Below are positions 62,417-64,000 of a DNA stretch of 64,000 nt, piece by piece; within the stretch, counting starts at the first letter, position 1; the number at the start of each line of letters is the position of its first letter. The position numbers and the translations under genes are program-made. The notes under the pieces were generated by a model. The model was not told the origin of the DNA, made no database searches, and saw only the letters and a list, made by a program, of their open reading frames with translations. Origin of the DNA: an uncultured Halomonas sp. (GTDB taxonomy: Bacteria > Pseudomonadota > Gammaproteobacteria > Pseudomonadales > Halomonadaceae); assembly GCA_947500835.1 (NCBI GenBank), contig CANMTQ010000010.1, positions 129,715 through 193,714 on the forward strand, read 5' to 3'.

Positions 62417-63478
62417 TCAATGAAATGCGCCGCCGAAACTCGACGTCTCGGCGGCATTTTCATTTATCGACAATGAATGGGCATTGGGCAGACTCGCCGC
62501 ACGCCACACGGTAATGGTCATGACAAGCGCCAGCAGCACTGCTCCCGCGGTATGGGCCAGAGCCAAGTCAAGGGGTAGCCATAGCAGCACATTGGCAATC
62601 CCCAAACCAAGCTGCAGCGCATAGATTCCCAGCAATAGCGTGAGATAAGGACGCAGAACGCGCTGATACCAATAACGCAACACCAATAACAACAAGACAA
62701 ACCCGAGAGCGACGGCTCCCAGACGATGGGCCACTTGAATCGCGGTGCGCGCCTCTGCATGCAATTGTCCGTAAAGATAATTAGGACCAATGGTCTGAGC
62801 CAGATTGAAGCCTTCCTGCCAATCCATCGGCGGCCACCACTGCCCATTACAGGTCGGGATACCGTGACAGGCAATGCCCGCATAATTACTCGATGTCCAA
62901 CCGCCCAGCGCTATCTGTAAAACCAGCAATCCAATGGCGATCAGCCACAATGCACCTGGTCGCGACAGCCTGTACCCGCCATCGACACGCGCATCGATTC
63001 TTTGCAAGTTCAGATACAACCACAGGAATAGCAGCGTGACACTCAAGCCCCCCAGAAGGTGCAGGACCACCACTTGTGGCCACAGCTTAAGCGTGACCGT
63101 GAGCGCCCCAAATGCGCCTTGTAGCATGATGACAAGCAATAAAGCGGCGCTGATGCGCAAGGGGTAGCCAGTCGTCTTCCGCGCGCGCCAAGCAATAAAC
63201 GACAAACCAAGCACCAGCAATCCAAGCACAGCTGCCATATAGCGGTGAACCATTTCTGCCCAGGCCTTGCCCGCGTCAAGGGGTACATGAGGCGAATGTG
63301 CCAGTGCCGTTGCGTCATCGGGCACCACCAGCTTGCCATAACACCCCGGCCAATCAGGGCAACCGAGTCCAGCATCAACGAGGCGCGTCCAGGCTCCGAG
63401 AAGCATCACGACAAGGGCCAGCACTACACCGAAAAGGCTTAACCAACGCGCCAGGCGAACGTCTTTTGTTGTTTTCAT
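62417..63478 (-). CDS. Heme A synthase (COX15/CtaA family)
   Basis: LGAWTRL.DAGLGCPDWPGC, EMVHR, HLLGG, IQVAHR, AHTAGA. Alternative upstream GTG start at 63514. Confidence 0.93.
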   Translation of the reverse strand: MKTTKDVRLARWLSLFGVVLALVVMLLGAWTRLVDAGLGCPDWPGCYGKLVVPDDATALAHSPHVPLDAGKAWAEMVHRYMAAVLGLLVLGLSFIAWRARKTTGYPLRISAALLLVIMLQGAFGALTVTLKLWPQVVVLHLLGGLSVTLLFLWLYLNLQRIDARVDGGYRLSRPGALWLIAIGLLVLQIALGGWTSSNYAGIACHGIPTCNGQWWPPMDWQEGFNLAQTIGPNYLYGQLHAEARTAIQVAHRLGAVALGFVLLLLVLRYWYQRVLRPYLTLLLGIYALQLGLGIANVLLWLPLDLALAHTAGAVLLALVMTITVWRAASLPNAHSLSINENAAETSSFGGAFH

Positions 63479-63494
63479 GGGCCGGGACTCTTCG

Positions 63495-64000
63495 TCAAAC
63501 AACGCTTCTGACACTCACACCCTGACTTGCCGAGAAGCGCTCGATCTCGGGGTTCATGCGCAGTAGCCGGCGTATGTCCTTGAGAATTTCCTTGGGATCA
63601 TCCTGCTGGTCATAGCGCACGATGACTCGCCCCTCGAAATCGATCAGCCACACCGACTCGCCATCGCTCCAGGCGGGCTGCCTGCGCCACTGCGCCACCT
63701 GCTCGCCGGGCAAGGGATCCGCCTGGCCACCCAGACGCAGCCGGGATACCCGCGGGGCCTCACGCCCCAGGGCGCGATGCAATCGCCACAGATGATCCGC
63801 AACCTCCGCGCACCTATCCTTACAGTCATAGGCCAATATCCAATCATCCTGATCGTCTTCATCAACGCCCGAGGAAGTCTTCTCTAAAGGCCACTGCGCC
63901 AGCGCAGGTAATTCCGGCATCAGCTGGCCATGGGCAACGCGTTCATCAGGGATGCCCACACGCCATTCCACCATCGCCCAGGCGGTAATCACAGGGCCCG
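63495..64000 (-). CDS. Cox-operon hypothetical protein, probably 5'-truncated by the window edge
   Basis: W....D....C.....HLWRLHRALGRE..R and W.ID.EG.V..RY pattern; lies directly upstream of COX15. Confidence 0.65.
   Translation of the reverse strand, partial: GPVITAWAMVEWRVGIPDERVAHGQLMPELPALAQWPLEKTSSGVDEDDQDDWILAYDCKDRCAEVADHLWRLHRALGREAPRVSRLRLGGQADPLPGEQVAQWRRQPAWSDGESVWLIDFEGRVIVRYDQQDDPKEILKDIRRLLRMNPEIERFSASQGVSVRSVV

Overview
A 64-kb chromosomal segment from a GC-rich gammaproteobacterium. Gene content and order point to Halomonadaceae, which is an inference. It is mostly core housekeeping and metabolism: ruvC(partial)-yebC-aspS-fmdB, nucleoside salvage genes, Leu dehydrogenase, NadM-Nudix, cardiolipin synthase, fumarase, livJHMGF, nei-uvrB, ygfZ, tatD, mscL, prfC, regB/regA, grxA, acetoacetate-CoA ligase, the glycine cleavage cluster, ppnN, the thrS-infC-rpmI-rplT-pheS-pheT-ihfA block, an OmpA lipoprotein, a DASS transporter and the end of a cox assembly operon. 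I found no tRNA, rRNA, CRISPR array, integrase or transposase. Elements the ORF track does not explain: (1) a three-DnaA-box cluster at 37009-37043 with DARS-like geometry; (2) a ~263-bp MITE with 18-bp terminal inverted repeats flanked by CTAG, upstream of uvrB; (3) an 11-16 bp motif (ATAACGGTATA) present four times in one orientation, three of them just after stop codons; (4) a tRNA-Thr anticodon-arm mimic in the thrS leader; (5) an orphan tailspike/pectin-lyase-like gene in frame with a small upstream ORF; (6) a DUF3015 + DUF4105 (Lnb-like His/Cys) envelope gene pair; (7) several enzymes with apparently degenerate catalytic motifs. All family assignments come from motif recognition by eye, not from database searches.
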